The notes beneath the pieces are model-generated. The model ran no database searches. It saw only the letters and a list, made by a program, of their open reading frames with translations, and was not told the origin of the DNA. This document shows, in pieces, positions 9,664-19,651 of a DNA stretch of 64,000 bases. The position numbers were made by a program, and so were the translations under genes. Origin of the DNA: Candidatus Marinacidobacterium sp. (GTDB taxonomy: Bacteria; Acidobacteriota; Vicinamibacteria; Marinacidobacterales; Marinacidobacteraceae); the NCBI GenBank assembly GCA_965223075.1, contig OZ244986.1, positions 3,116,101 to 3,180,100 on the forward strand. The letters are read 5' to 3'. Every line of letters begins with the position of its first letter. Within the stretch, counting starts at the first letter, position 1.

Positions 9664-10796
9664 TGTCTTCCCGACGCTTCCGGCGCTTCCCGGCGTTCCT
9701 TCTCCTCCTCGGGCTCGTTCTGCTTCCGCTGGCGGTCGCCGCCGAGGATCCGGAGCCGCCGAAGCGCAACTACTTCGTCTACGTTTGCGCGGAGTCGGAC
9801 GACACGGTCCACATGCTCCGCTATGGGCCCGGCGGGTTCGAGGAACTCGACGAGATTGCGGTCGGCAGCTTCCCGACGGAAACCGAGGGTCCGCACGGGA
9901 TCAACATCTCGCCCGACGGGCGCCACTGGTTCCTGTCCATCGCCCACGGCATGCCCTTCGGTGCGGTGCACAAGTACGAGACCGGAACCAACGAATGGGT
10001 CGGGGACGCCACGCTCGGAATGTTCCCGGCGACCATGGACGTCTCGCCGAGCACCGGGCTGCTCTACATCGTCAACTTCAACCTCCACGGCGACATGGTC
10101 CCGAGCACCATCTCGGTGGTGGAGACGGGGACCATGATCGAGGTGGCCACCATCGACACCGGAGTCATGCCGCACGGAGCGCGGATGAACGACGCCGGCA
10201 CCCGCCTCTACTCCGTCAACATGATGGACGACGAGCTCGTCGAAGTGGACACCATGCGCTTCGAAATCGCCCGGCGGCTGCCGCTCGGGACCGACCCGCA
10301 TGCCGGACACGCTGGCATGAACGACGGCGACATGGAAGGCATGCGGATGCCGGTGGTCAAGCCGACCTGGGCCACCAGCCCTTCGCCCGCCGGGAAGGTG
10401 TACGTGGCGGGGAACGGCGACAGCGCCATCTACGAGGTGGATATCAACGACTGGAAGGTGTCTCGCCGGTTCGACGCCGGGCCCGGCCAGAACCCCTACA
10501 ACCTCGAGATCACCTCGGACGGCTCGGTACTGATCGCCACCTACAAATCCGGCAAGAAGGTCGGCTTCTGGGATCTCGAGCGCGGCGAGCTGATCGCCGC
10601 GCCCGAGACCTCGCGGCGGGTTCCCCACGGGGTGGTGGTGTCCGACGACGACCGCTACGCCATCGTGACCCTGGAAGGGGTCGGGGGCGAACCGGGGACC
10701 GTGGAGGTCTATGACATCGGAGCCGCCCAGCGCGTCTCCCGGATCGACGTCGGCAAGCAGGCCGGCGGCATCATCTACTGGAAGGGCGAGCCGTAA
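9663..10796 (+). CDS. YncE/YVTN-family beta-propeller protein with His/Met-rich loop
   Basis: Start overlaps the paralogue 1 stop (TGATG). Signal peptide, PHG repeats, TISVVET and the loop PHAGHAGMNDGDMEGMRMP. Confidence 0.85.
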   Translation: MSSRRFRRFPAFLLLLGLVLLPLAVAAEDPEPPKRNYFVYVCAESDDTVHMLRYGPGGFEELDEIAVGSFPTETEGPHGINISPDGRHWFLSIAHGMPFGAVHKYETGTNEWVGDATLGMFPATMDVSPSTGLLYIVNFNLHGDMVPSTISVVETGTMIEVATIDTGVMPHGARMNDAGTRLYSVNMMDDELVEVDTMRFEIARRLPLGTDPHAGHAGMNDGDMEGMRMPVVKPTWATSPSPAGKVYVAGNGDSAIYEVDINDWKVSRRFDAGPGQNPYNLEITSDGSVLIATYKSGKKVGFWDLERGELIAAPETSRRVPHGVVVSDDDRYAIVTLEGVGGEPGTVEVYDIGAAQRVSRIDVGKQAGGIIYWKGEP

Positions 10797-10822
10797 GGTC
10801 TCGCTGAGGAGGAGAGGAAACG

Positions 10823-12886
10823 ATGACTCTCAGGAATTCGAACCCATGGCGGCGGCTTGCCGCCGTCCTTCTTTGTGCTCTGGTGGCGCCCGGATTCGCG
10901 CTCGCCCAGGAAGAAGAGGAAGCCGAAACCGGCCCGCAACCGACGGAACTCATCATCACGCCGTCCGAGGTCGAACTCGAGGTCGGCGACTCGCTGACGC
11001 TTCAGTCCGAGGTCCGGGACGCCGAAGGCAACCCGATGGACCGCACCGTGGTGTTCTATTCGCGCCGCCGCCGGGCGGTGGGCGTGAACCCGGCGGGCAT
11101 CGTGGAGGCCTACCGGCCCGGCGAGCACACCCTGATCGCCATGGTGCCGAAGGATCCGGAAGACACCAACCGGCGCGCCGAGCCCGCGGTGATGTTGGAG
11201 ATCCCGGTGACGATCCCCAACCCTCCGGTGGCTACGGTCGAGGTAGCGAACGTGCCGGGCCATCTCTACGCGGGGACCGAGATCGGGCTCCGCCCGGTGG
11301 TCACCGACATCTCGGGCGCCGTCCGGAACGACGTGGAAGTCGGCTGGACGACCGCCGATTCGTCGGTGGCGAACGTGGATTCCCTCGGGGTGCTCACCCT
11401 GGTGGGCGCCGGCCGGACGACCCTCACCGTCTCCGCCGAGGAGGCGTCGAGCGACGCCGCGATCGAGGTGCTCGCCAACCCGGTGACCTCGATCACCCTG
11501 GCCGGGGCGCCGGATGACTCGGTCCGGACCGGGGACGTGGTGTTCTTCGAGGCGCAGGTGACGGACGCTTCCGGGAACGAGGTGCCCGACTATCCGGTGC
11601 AGTTCGCGACTCTCGGGGTCCCGACGGACGGCATCGTGGCGCCGGGCGCCATCGGCCAGGTGGACGAGGCGGGCGCCTTCGTGGCGGAGCGTTCGGGTAC
11701 CCACACCGTGATCGCCGATGGATTCACGAAGTCGGCGAGCGCGACGGTGGCGGTGGTCGCGCGGAAGGTGCGGAAGGATGTCGAGATCGTGGGGCAGGGC
11801 CCCGTCCGCGACCGGCGCACCTCGGACCTTTGGGTCTGGGAGGGCACCGACGGCCGGGACTATGCGGTGACCGGCACCCACAGCGCCGACGGACACGCCT
11901 ACTTCTGGGACGTCACCGATCCCTCGGCGATCAGCCTCATCGACACGGTGCGGGTGGACGCCCGGACGGTGAACGACGTGAAGGTCTCCGAGGACGGAAA
12001 GTTCTGCGTGATCAGCCGCGAGGGCGCTTCGAACCGGAAGAACGGGCTCGTGATCCTCGACGTGAGCGACCCGCAGAACGGGATCGAGGTGATCGCCCGC
12101 TACGACGACCAACTCACCGGCGGGGTCCACAACGTCTTCGTCGCCGAGGACCACATCTACGCGCTCTCGGCGGGACGGCGCTACGACATCCTGAACGCCG
12201 AGGATCCGACGAATCCCTACCGGGTGGGCCGTTTCGAGATGGACACCCCGGGCCACTCGATCCACGACGTGTGGGTCCACGAGGGGATCGCCTATTCGTC
12301 CAACTGGAACGACGGAGTCGTGGCGGTGGACGTTGGCGGCGGCGGCAAGGGCGGCTCACCGAACAACCCGGTGCTGCTGGGGAACACCCCCTATCCGAGC
12401 GGCTGGAACCACGCCGCCTATCCCTACAAGAGCCAGTCCACCGGGAAGTTCCTGATGATCGGCGGGGACGAGGCGTTCCCCTACCAGACGATGCGTGAGG
12501 AGCGCACCCCGGGGCGGGCCGCCGGCTGGATCCACATCTTCGAATGGGACGAGTGGGAGAGCGCCCGCGAGGTGGCGCGCTACCAGGTGCCCGAGGCCGG
12601 GACCCATAACCTCTGGGTCGAGGACGACATTCTCTACATCGCCTACTACAACGGCGGCCTGCGGGTCGTGGACATCTCCGGCGAGCTCCGGGGCGATCTC
12701 TACCGGCAGGGCCGCGAGATCGCGATGTTCCGTCCGTTCGACCCCGAAAGCCGGGTTCCGAACGCGCCGATGGTCTGGGGACCGCAGCCCTACAAGGGCC
12801 ACATCTACCTGACCGACATGAACTCGGGGCTCTGGGCCGTCAAGCTCGTGGACGCCGAACCGGTGAACATGGGAGAGCCCGAGTAG
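10823..12886 (+). CDS. Ig-like plus LVIVD protein, paralogue 2
   Basis: Full-length homologue of 7606-9663, with RBS GAGGAGAGG upstream. Confidence 0.9.
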   Translation: MTLRNSNPWRRLAAVLLCALVAPGFALAQEEEEAETGPQPTELIITPSEVELEVGDSLTLQSEVRDAEGNPMDRTVVFYSRRRRAVGVNPAGIVEAYRPGEHTLIAMVPKDPEDTNRRAEPAVMLEIPVTIPNPPVATVEVANVPGHLYAGTEIGLRPVVTDISGAVRNDVEVGWTTADSSVANVDSLGVLTLVGAGRTTLTVSAEEASSDAAIEVLANPVTSITLAGAPDDSVRTGDVVFFEAQVTDASGNEVPDYPVQFATLGVPTDGIVAPGAIGQVDEAGAFVAERSGTHTVIADGFTKSASATVAVVARKVRKDVEIVGQGPVRDRRTSDLWVWEGTDGRDYAVTGTHSADGHAYFWDVTDPSAISLIDTVRVDARTVNDVKVSEDGKFCVISREGASNRKNGLVILDVSDPQNGIEVIARYDDQLTGGVHNVFVAEDHIYALSAGRRYDILNAEDPTNPYRVGRFEMDTPGHSIHDVWVHEGIAYSSNWNDGVVAVDVGGGGKGGSPNNPVLLGNTPYPSGWNHAAYPYKSQSTGKFLMIGGDEAFPYQTMREERTPGRAAGWIHIFEWDEWESAREVARYQVPEAGTHNLWVEDDILYIAYYNGGLRVVDISGELRGDLYRQGREIAMFRPFDPESRVPNAPMVWGPQPYKGHIYLTDMNSGLWAVKLVDAEPVNMGEPE

Positions 12887-13026
12887 CCGGAAAGACTCAG
12901 ATCACCCGCAATCGGCCGCCGTGAGGCGGGCGAAACCCGGGCCGTTCTCCTACGAGACGATCGGCGAAGGCGGGAGGCACGGTCGGGCCGCCCGGCACAA
13001 TTTCCGGGCGCCATCCCGGCGGCGCC

Positions 13027-13647
13027 TCAACCGGACGGCAGGCGGAAGTCGCGCGGCCGGAACTCCGGCGGGTTGACGATGCTGGCGCTGCTGCCCGTCG
13101 CCCGGATCACGAACAGTCCCTTTCGCTCAGCGTAGCGGGCTGTTCCCTCGTGAGCCCGAAGGTACGCGACCGCGCCGTACAGTCGCCTGCCCCGGACATG
13201 CCGCAGCAGGGGCGGGTGCGCCAGCAGGCCGAGGAATCTGTCCACATCGGGCGGTCGCAGCGTGGTCTTGACCTCGACCGCCACCGCTTCTTCCCCGTTC
13301 GTCGCGAGGAGATCAACCTCGCGTTCGTTTCGGCCGCACTCCAGCCGGAGGCGTGAGGAGACGGCTTCCACCTCCACCCCGCGTTCCCGCAGCAGCCTCA
13401 GCAGGTCCCCCTCGACGAGCGATTCCACCAGCCGCCCCCACTGGCTGGTGAACAGATCTTCCGCGCGCCGCAACCGCCGGTCGGTTTCCTTCATCTGCCG
13501 GTCGGTTTCCTTCATCCGCTGCTCGTTTTCCTTTGTCAGCCGATCCATCAGCCGATCCGTCTCCGCCTGGCGCTTCGCCACTCGGTCCAGAATCTTCCAG
13601 ATTCCCTCCGGGGTTGCGGGTGTCGGATCCGCCTGGGTGATGCTCAT
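13027..13647 (-). CDS. DUF3782-like coiled-coil plus PD-(D/E)xK nuclease-fold protein
   Basis: KETDRQMKETDR heptad repeats, SQWGRLVESLV and EVDLLATNGEEAVAVEVKT. Confidence 0.8.
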   Translation of the reverse strand: MSITQADPTPATPEGIWKILDRVAKRQAETDRLMDRLTKENEQRMKETDRQMKETDRRLRRAEDLFTSQWGRLVESLVEGDLLRLLRERGVEVEAVSSRLRLECGRNEREVDLLATNGEEAVAVEVKTTLRPPDVDRFLGLLAHPPLLRHVRGRRLYGAVAYLRAHEGTARYAERKGLFVIRATGSSASIVNPPEFRPRDFRLPSG

Positions 13648-13793
13648 GGACGCTTCCCTCCCTGAAGTCTATGCCGGTGCAGCGGGCTCTGGCGCACGGT
13701 CTCTCATCATGGACAGACGAAATTCCGGCCCGTTTTGTCCCACCTTCGGCAGGCGATGTGGAAAACTCGCTGCGAAGATCGCCTGGCGGCGCC

Positions 13794-14279
13794 GCTGGAG
13801 CCATGCCGGCTACCCCTGCGGGGGCCCCTCCACCGGGAAGTTCCCGATGATCGGCGGGGATGAGGCGTTCCCGTACCAGACGATGCGGGGGGAAGCGCAC
13901 TCCGGGCCGGGCCGCCGGCTGGATCCACATCTTCGAGTGGGACGAGTGGGACAGCGCCCGCGAAGTGGCCCGCTACCAGGTGCCCGAGGCCGGAACCCAC
14001 AACCTGTGGGTCGAGGACGACATCCTCTACATCGCCTACTACAACGGCGGCCTGCGGGTGGTGGACATCTCCGGCGACCCGCGGGGGGACCTCTACCGGC
14101 AGGGTCGCGAGATCGCGATGTCCCGTCCGTTCGACCCCGAGAGCCGGGTCCCGAACGCCCCGATGGTCTGGGGACCGCAGCCCTACAAGGGCCACATCGA
14201 CGTCAGCGACATGAACTCGAGGATTTGGGCCGTGAAGCTCGTGGACGCCGAACCGGTGAACATGGGAGAGCCCGAGTAG
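13794..14279 (+). pseudogene. Partial duplicate of the 3' end of LVIVD paralogue 2
   Basis: Aligns by eye to 12402-12886 and ends in the same VNMGEPE*. Frameshifted near 13885-13895; no start codon or N-terminal domains. Confidence 0.9.
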
Positions 14280-14430
14280 GGGAAGAACTCAGGCCGGGAT
14301 CGCCCGCCGCAGGCGGGCGAAACGCAGAGCGCCGCTCAGCGTGGAGGCGCGGCGTCCGGTCTGGAGGCGGCGCGTCCGTTGGTGGCGACGGCTTCCGTTC
14401 GGAGGCGGATGAAAGTGCGGGCTGAGGGGC

Positions 14431-14787
14431 TCATTCCTCAGTCCGCCTCCATGAACGATCGAACTCCGCGCAAGCGTCCGTCGAGCGCGTTTCGGTCACG
14501 AGCTTCTCGATCTTGCGGATCTCCGCGAGGGTGTCTTGTTGAAGACTCCGAATCGCCTCTTCCGGCATCCCTTCTGCCCGAAACCTCGCCACGTCCTCCT
14601 CCAGGTGGTCGCGGAGCACGCTTCCGCAGGCGCGGGCGCGTACGGACAGCCCGTCCGGCCTGATCATGTCCGGACTCGGCGGATTCAGAATGGCGGTCAC
14701 GATGGAAACGACCGCGAAGGCGCCACCGATGACCCGCGCGAGCGCCGATTTCCACAGGGAGCGGAATACGTGGTAGAGGATTCGCAC
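14431..14787 (-). CDS. Hypothetical protein with one N-terminal TM helix
   Basis: GTG start, hydrophobic VIGGAFAVVSIVTAIL segment and a helical charged tail. Confidence 0.5.
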   Translation of the reverse strand: MRILYHVFRSLWKSALARVIGGAFAVVSIVTAILNPPSPDMIRPDGLSVRARACGSVLRDHLEEDVARFRAEGMPEEAIRSLQQDTLAEIRKIEKLVTETRSTDACAEFDRSWRRTEE

Positions 14788-15060
14788 AGTCTCACCGCCG
14801 GGTAGGTGCCGCCGACCGGGTTCTGCCTGGAGCGGGCCACCGGTGGCGCCAGCGGCGGAGGAAACACTGCCACGCAAGGGGTCCGGTTCCCCTCCATGCG
14901 GTCGTCATCTTGTCCGGGTCGCGACTGCGATCCTGCCCCCGCCAGCACGGAAGCAAGTAAGGAGCACCCGGTTAGCGTCTCCGGCTGCCGCCAAGGTGCG
15001 CAGGTGGCCGCGGTCCGGAGCCTCTCGGGACACCTTGAGGATCACGGCCACATCATCATC

Positions 15061-15070
15061 GTATATTCCC
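15061..15070 (+). promoter_or_regulatory. Putative -10 element shared by LVIVD paralogues 3 and 4
   Basis: GTATATTCCC at 15061-15070 and the identical sequence at 19605-19614, each upstream of GCACCATGACCCGAAC. Confidence 0.45.
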
Positions 15071-15092
15071 GTGCACAGAGGGACCGCGCACC

Positions 15093-17147
15093 ATGACCCG
15101 AACACTCCGCCTCCACCTCATTCCCGTTGCAGCCGTCGCGCTTCTCCTCCTCGCTCTCCCCGCGTTCGCCCAGGAGGAGGAAGTGGAAACGGGCCCGCAA
15201 CCGGCCGAACTCATCATCACCCCGACCGAGCTCGAACTCGAGGTCGGCGACTCGCTGACGCTCCAGGCAGAAGTCCGGGACGGCGAGGGCAACCCGATGG
15301 ACCGCACGGTGGTGTTTTACTCCCGCCGGCGCCGTTCGGTCGGCGTCAACCCGGCGGGAATGGTCGAGGCCTACCGGCCCGGCGAGCACACCCTGATCGC
15401 CATGGTGCCCAAGGATCCGGAGGACATCGATCGCCGCGCCGAGCCCGCGGTCACGGTGGAGATCCCGGTGACGATCCCCAACCCGCCGGTGGCTTCGGTG
15501 GAGGTCGCGAATCTTCCCGGCCACCTCTATGCGGGAACCGAGATCGGCCTCCGCCCCCTGGTCACCGACATCTCGGGCGCCGTCCGGAACGACGTGGAAG
15601 TGGGCTGGACTACGGTCGATTCGTCGGTGGCGAGCGTGGACGCCCTCGGGGTGCTCACCCTGCTGGGCGCCGGGCGGACGACCCTGACGGTCTCCGCCGA
15701 GGAGGCTTCGAGCGACGCGACCATCGAAGTGCTCGCGAACCCGGTCGCCTCGATCACGCTGAGCGGGGCGCCGGACGAGCCGGCGCGGACCGGGGACGTG
15801 GTGTTCTTCGAAGCCAAGGTCACGGACGCCTCGGGGAACGAGGTGCCGGACTACCCGGTGCAGTTCGCCACCTTCGGGATTCCGGCGGATGGGATCGTGG
15901 CGCCCGGGGCCATCGGCCAGATCGATGAGGAGGGCGCCTTCGTGGCGGAGCGGTCGGGAACCCATACGGTGATCGTGGACGGGTTCACCGACTCCGCGAG
16001 CGCGACGGTCGCAGTCGTGTCCAGGAACGTGCGGAAAGATGTCGAGGTCGTGGGACGGGGCCCGGTCCGCGACCGGCGCACCTCGGACCTCTGGGTCTGG
16101 GAGGGCACCGACGGCCGGGACTATGCGGTCACCGGGACCCACAGCGCCGACGGGCACGCCTATTTCTGGGACGTCACCGATCCCTCGGCGATCTCGCTCA
16201 TCGACACGGTTCGGGTGGATGCCCGGACGGTGAACGACGTGAAGGTTTCGGCGGACGCGAAGTTCTGCGTGATCAGCCGGGAAGGCGCCTCGAACCGGAA
16301 GAACGGTCTGGTGATCCTCGACGTCAGCGACCTGCAAAACGGCATCGAGGTGATCGCCCGCTACGACGACCAGCTCACCGGCGGGGTCCACAACGTCTTC
16401 ATCGCGGAAGACCACATCTACGCGCTTTCGGCGGGGCGCCGCTACGACATCCTGAACGCCGAGGATCCGACGAACCCGTATCGGGTAGGTCGGTTCGAGA
16501 TGGACACTCCCGGCCATTCCATCCACGACGTGTGGGTCCACGAGGGCATCGCCTATTCGTCCAACTGGAACGACGGGGTCGTTGCGGTTGACGTAGGCGG
16601 CGGTGGCAAGGGCGGGGCGCCGAACAACCCGGTGATGCTCGGCAAGACTCCCTACCCGAGCGGTTGGAACCACGCCGCCTATCCCTACCGGAGCAAGTCC
16701 ACCGGCAAATTCCTGATGATCGGGGGCGACGAGGCGTTCCCGTACCAACTGATGGAGGGCGCGCGGGCCCCGCGCCGGGCGGCCGGCTGGATCCACATCT
16801 TCGAGTGGGACGAGTGGGAGAGCCCCCGCGAGGTGGCCCGCTACCAGGTGCCGGAGGCGGGAACCCACAACCTGTGGGTGGAGGACGACATCCTCTACAT
16901 CGCCTACTACAACGGCGGCCTGCGGGTGGTGGATATTTCCGGCGAAATGCGGGGTGACCTCTACCGGCAGGGCCGCGAGATCGCGATGTTCCGCCCGTTC
17001 GACCCCGAAACCGTAAAGCCGAACGCACCGTTCGTCTGGGGACCGCAGCCCTACAAGGGCCACATCTTCATCGCCGACAACACTTCGGGGCTCTGGGCGG
17101 TCAAGCTCGTGGACGCCGAGCCAGTGAACATGGGCGAACCCCAATAA
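15093..17147 (+). CDS. Ig-like plus LVIVD protein, paralogue 3 (mosaic)
   Basis: First 29 aa are identical to paralogue 4; the body is closest to paralogue 2. Confidence 0.9.
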   Translation: MTRTLRLHLIPVAAVALLLLALPAFAQEEEVETGPQPAELIITPTELELEVGDSLTLQAEVRDGEGNPMDRTVVFYSRRRRSVGVNPAGMVEAYRPGEHTLIAMVPKDPEDIDRRAEPAVTVEIPVTIPNPPVASVEVANLPGHLYAGTEIGLRPLVTDISGAVRNDVEVGWTTVDSSVASVDALGVLTLLGAGRTTLTVSAEEASSDATIEVLANPVASITLSGAPDEPARTGDVVFFEAKVTDASGNEVPDYPVQFATFGIPADGIVAPGAIGQIDEEGAFVAERSGTHTVIVDGFTDSASATVAVVSRNVRKDVEVVGRGPVRDRRTSDLWVWEGTDGRDYAVTGTHSADGHAYFWDVTDPSAISLIDTVRVDARTVNDVKVSADAKFCVISREGASNRKNGLVILDVSDLQNGIEVIARYDDQLTGGVHNVFIAEDHIYALSAGRRYDILNAEDPTNPYRVGRFEMDTPGHSIHDVWVHEGIAYSSNWNDGVVAVDVGGGGKGGAPNNPVMLGKTPYPSGWNHAAYPYRSKSTGKFLMIGGDEAFPYQLMEGARAPRRAAGWIHIFEWDEWESPREVARYQVPEAGTHNLWVEDDILYIAYYNGGLRVVDISGEMRGDLYRQGREIAMFRPFDPETVKPNAPFVWGPQPYKGHIFIADNTSGLWAVKLVDAEPVNMGEPQ

Positions 17148-17203
17148 AGGAGAGACTCAGCAGTCGCGCGGGGACGCCGACAGTTCGGGTGGCGCGCAGG
17201 CAA

Positions 17204-17241
17204 GGGAACGCCGGCCAGTTCTCCCGGTGGGGGCCTTCAGA
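17204..17241 (+). repeat. Left half of a REP-like hairpin split by IS1634, containing the 15-bp insert
   Basis: GGGAACGCC-GGCC-AGTTCTCCCGGTGGG-GGCC-TTCAGA. The right half (TCAGACCGGCACCGCGGCCC) resumes at 19207. Confidence 0.8.
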
Positions 17242-19206
17242 GCGATAGTTCCAAGCGTTGCCAAGACCTAACTCGATGATAGTCGTGTAGTTATGGTTGC
17301 GTCGGGTTGTTCGGTCCTGGCTACATTTTGGGCTGGACGCCGAGGAGGTCGAAGCATCGCTGCTGGAGTGGGGAGGGCAGCGTCTGGAGGGGGAAGGTTT
17401 CGTCGCGGTCCTTGATCTTCACGGTGTTGAGGGCGATGGTGCCGAGGTTTTCGAGCAGATCCCGGAAGGCCTGGACGGAGAGGTCGTCCTCGGTGCGCTT
17501 CTTGGCGGCCTTTTTCTCGGCGGCGGGGGAGCGTTGGGCGGGGGCGACGATGGATCGGCGTCGGCTCTCGGCGGCGTCCTTTTGGTGGTCTTCGAAGAGG
17601 ATGGGGGCGAGGGCGCGGCGCATGTGCCACTCGATGTAGTAGGCGAGCGTGCAGAGGAGAACGTGGGCGCGCACCCGGTCACTGCGCCAGTGGTGGATGG
17701 GCCGGAGGAGTTCGATGGTTTTGAGGCAGCGGAAGGCGCGCTCGACGCGGGCGAGATCCTTGTAGGCGCGGACCGTTTGCTGCGCGTCGAAGCGTTCGGG
17801 TTCGACATTGGAGCGGACGACGTAGATGCCTTCGAGGGCGACTGCCTTTCGGATCTGGTCCTGGTTGCGCTGGAAGGAGAAGGAGGAATCGGTGATCTGG
17901 TGGGTGAAGAACTTGCCCACCTTGTAGCGGTCGATGACCTTTCCGAAGCGGGTGCCGATCTTGTCCTCGCCCCGCAGGGGCGCCCTCTCCCGCTGGGTGG
18001 CGACCACGATGCGCCGGAGGAGTTTTTCGGTGGCCTGCAGCAGGTCCTCGCGCTTTCGGCGCTGCTCCCCGGCCAGCTTGGGATTGCGGCAGACGATGAG
18101 CCGCTCGCCGGGGTATTCGTCGGAGGTGATTTCGAAGAGGTCGCGCTCCTCGAACAGGGAGGGGGGCGGCCGTTCGGCGTTGAGGAGCTTGCGGATCATG
18201 GGCTTGCGGAGGGAGGAGATCCAGCGCAGCCCCTCGACGCCCTGGAGGTCTTCGCGGATGCGGGCGGCGGTGAGCATGCCCCGGTCGCCGACCATCACCA
18301 ACCGTTCGATGCCGAAGGAGGTCTTGAGCTTTTGGAGCTGGCCGGCGACGGTCTGGGGATCGGTGGTGTTCCCGGGGAAGACCTCGACGGCGACCGGGCG
18401 GCCTTCGGGATCGGTGAGCAGCCCGATGACGATCTGGAGCTTGCCTTGCTTCTTGTCGCGGCTGTAGCCGCGCTTGGCGAGGGGGCAGTGCTTGCCCTCG
18501 AAGTAGGAGGAGGTGATGTCGTAGAGGACGAGGGTGTTGTCGGCGAGGTGTCGTCGGGCGAGTTTTTTCTCGATGGCGTGTTGGTGAGTGCCGAGCCAGT
18601 CGAGCGCGGCGTAGAGCTCGTTTTCATGGACAGGCCCGAGTTGGAGGACTTGGCCGAGGGAAGAGTGTTTGGTTTCGGGGTTGAGGGCGCGGCTGGTGGC
18701 GAGCTTGGAGCAGGGTTTGAGGACGCGGTTTGCGATCATGGCGGTGACGAGGTCGCGGTTTCGGGAGGGTTTTCGGTCGAGGAGGGAAGGGAGGCCGAGT
18801 CTGTGGAGGGTTCCGAGGATGGCGGCGACGTGTCCGTGGGGGAGGGAGCGGACGATGTCGATTGCCTCCCGGATGGGGATGTCGGCGAGGGTTGCGCCTT
18901 TGAGGATGCGTCGGAGCGATTCGACGGCGGCGGGGTTTCGTCGGTGGAGTTTGGTGAGGTTTGCGAGGGTGCGTTTGAGGACCTTGCGGCCGTCGCGGAC
19001 GGACTCTCGGAGGAGGACGGCGGGGGGGGAGCTGCGGTTGGGGACGAACTCAATATACATGGGCACGATAATAAGACACACAATACTGACAGTCAATAGT
19101 AAACATCACTCCACATGTTCTATTACATGGCTACAACATTGCATCCGAAAATCCCATAAACGACCATGAGTCACGAAGTTAGATCAGAAAACCGCTGGAA
19201 CTACCG
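17242..19206 (-). mobile_element. IS1634-family insertion sequence
   Basis: Transposase ORF; imperfect ~37-bp terminal inverted repeats (CGATAGTTCCA...CTAACTCGATGA versus CGGTAGTTCCA...CTAACTTCGTGA); TCAGA direct repeat at 17237-17241 and 19207-19211. Confidence 0.85.
17321..19060 (-). CDS. IS1634-family DDE transposase (579 aa from MYIEF)
   Basis: MYIEFVPNRSSPPAVLLRES, LYDITSSYFEG, GYSRD, VGDRGM and YKDLARVERAFRCLK...RPIHHW. Confidence 0.92.
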   Translation of the reverse strand: MYIEFVPNRSSPPAVLLRESVRDGRKVLKRTLANLTKLHRRNPAAVESLRRILKGATLADIPIREAIDIVRSLPHGHVAAILGTLHRLGLPSLLDRKPSRNRDLVTAMIANRVLKPCSKLATSRALNPETKHSSLGQVLQLGPVHENELYAALDWLGTHQHAIEKKLARRHLADNTLVLYDITSSYFEGKHCPLAKRGYSRDKKQGKLQIVIGLLTDPEGRPVAVEVFPGNTTDPQTVAGQLQKLKTSFGIERLVMVGDRGMLTAARIREDLQGVEGLRWISSLRKPMIRKLLNAERPPPSLFEERDLFEITSDEYPGERLIVCRNPKLAGEQRRKREDLLQATEKLLRRIVVATQRERAPLRGEDKIGTRFGKVIDRYKVGKFFTHQITDSSFSFQRNQDQIRKAVALEGIYVVRSNVEPERFDAQQTVRAYKDLARVERAFRCLKTIELLRPIHHWRSDRVRAHVLLCTLAYYIEWHMRRALAPILFEDHQKDAAESRRRSIVAPAQRSPAAEKKAAKKRTEDDLSVQAFRDLLENLGTIALNTVKIKDRDETFPLQTLPSPLQQRCFDLLGVQPKM

Positions 19207-19349
19207 TCAGACCGGCACCGCGGCCCGTTGTCGGGCTGGATGGCACCACCGGCAAGGGTCCCCAGCGGGAGACTGGGGCCGACATCCAGGTCGGCATCGC
19301 GCGCCTGAGGCGGGCGTGTGCCCCGTGCTCGGAGCCCGATCCGCGCCCT

Positions 19350-19547
19350 TCGGGACAACAACTTCACGAAAATGGCGATGAGTGCTGCGTTAACGAACAG
19401 CGCTCCATACACCAACCACCTGTAGATCCGCACGTCGCGCTCAGCCATCTCCAGCCGCAGATCGGCCAGGTCCTGTTTGCTGGCGAAGTTGGCCAGGTCC
19501 GTTCTCATGGCTGCATTCTGGGTCATTGGCTGAACCAGCGCCACCAC
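19350..19547 (-). pseudogene. DUF1640/CCDC90-like fragment
   Basis: FASKQDLADLRLEMAERDVRIYRWLV followed by a TM helix ending FVKLL. No clear native start; the track ORF runs on into the IS end. Confidence 0.35.
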
Positions 19548-19651
19548 CGACGAAACCTGCTTGCACCTCCACCGTACACGTGCGGTGTCGCGCTCGCGAG
19601 GCGCGTATATTCCCCGGTCATGGGGGACCGCATTCCGGCCCTCGCTGCACC

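Noticed and set aside
14880-15060. Possible coding relic upstream of paralogue 3 (DDDVAVILKVSRE...RVLLTC on the minus strand)
   Set aside because: Too short and without a start or a motif I can assign; it needs BLASTX.
17297-19099. 600-aa plus-strand ORF over the IS
   Set aside because: It is the antisense shadow of the IS1634 transposase.
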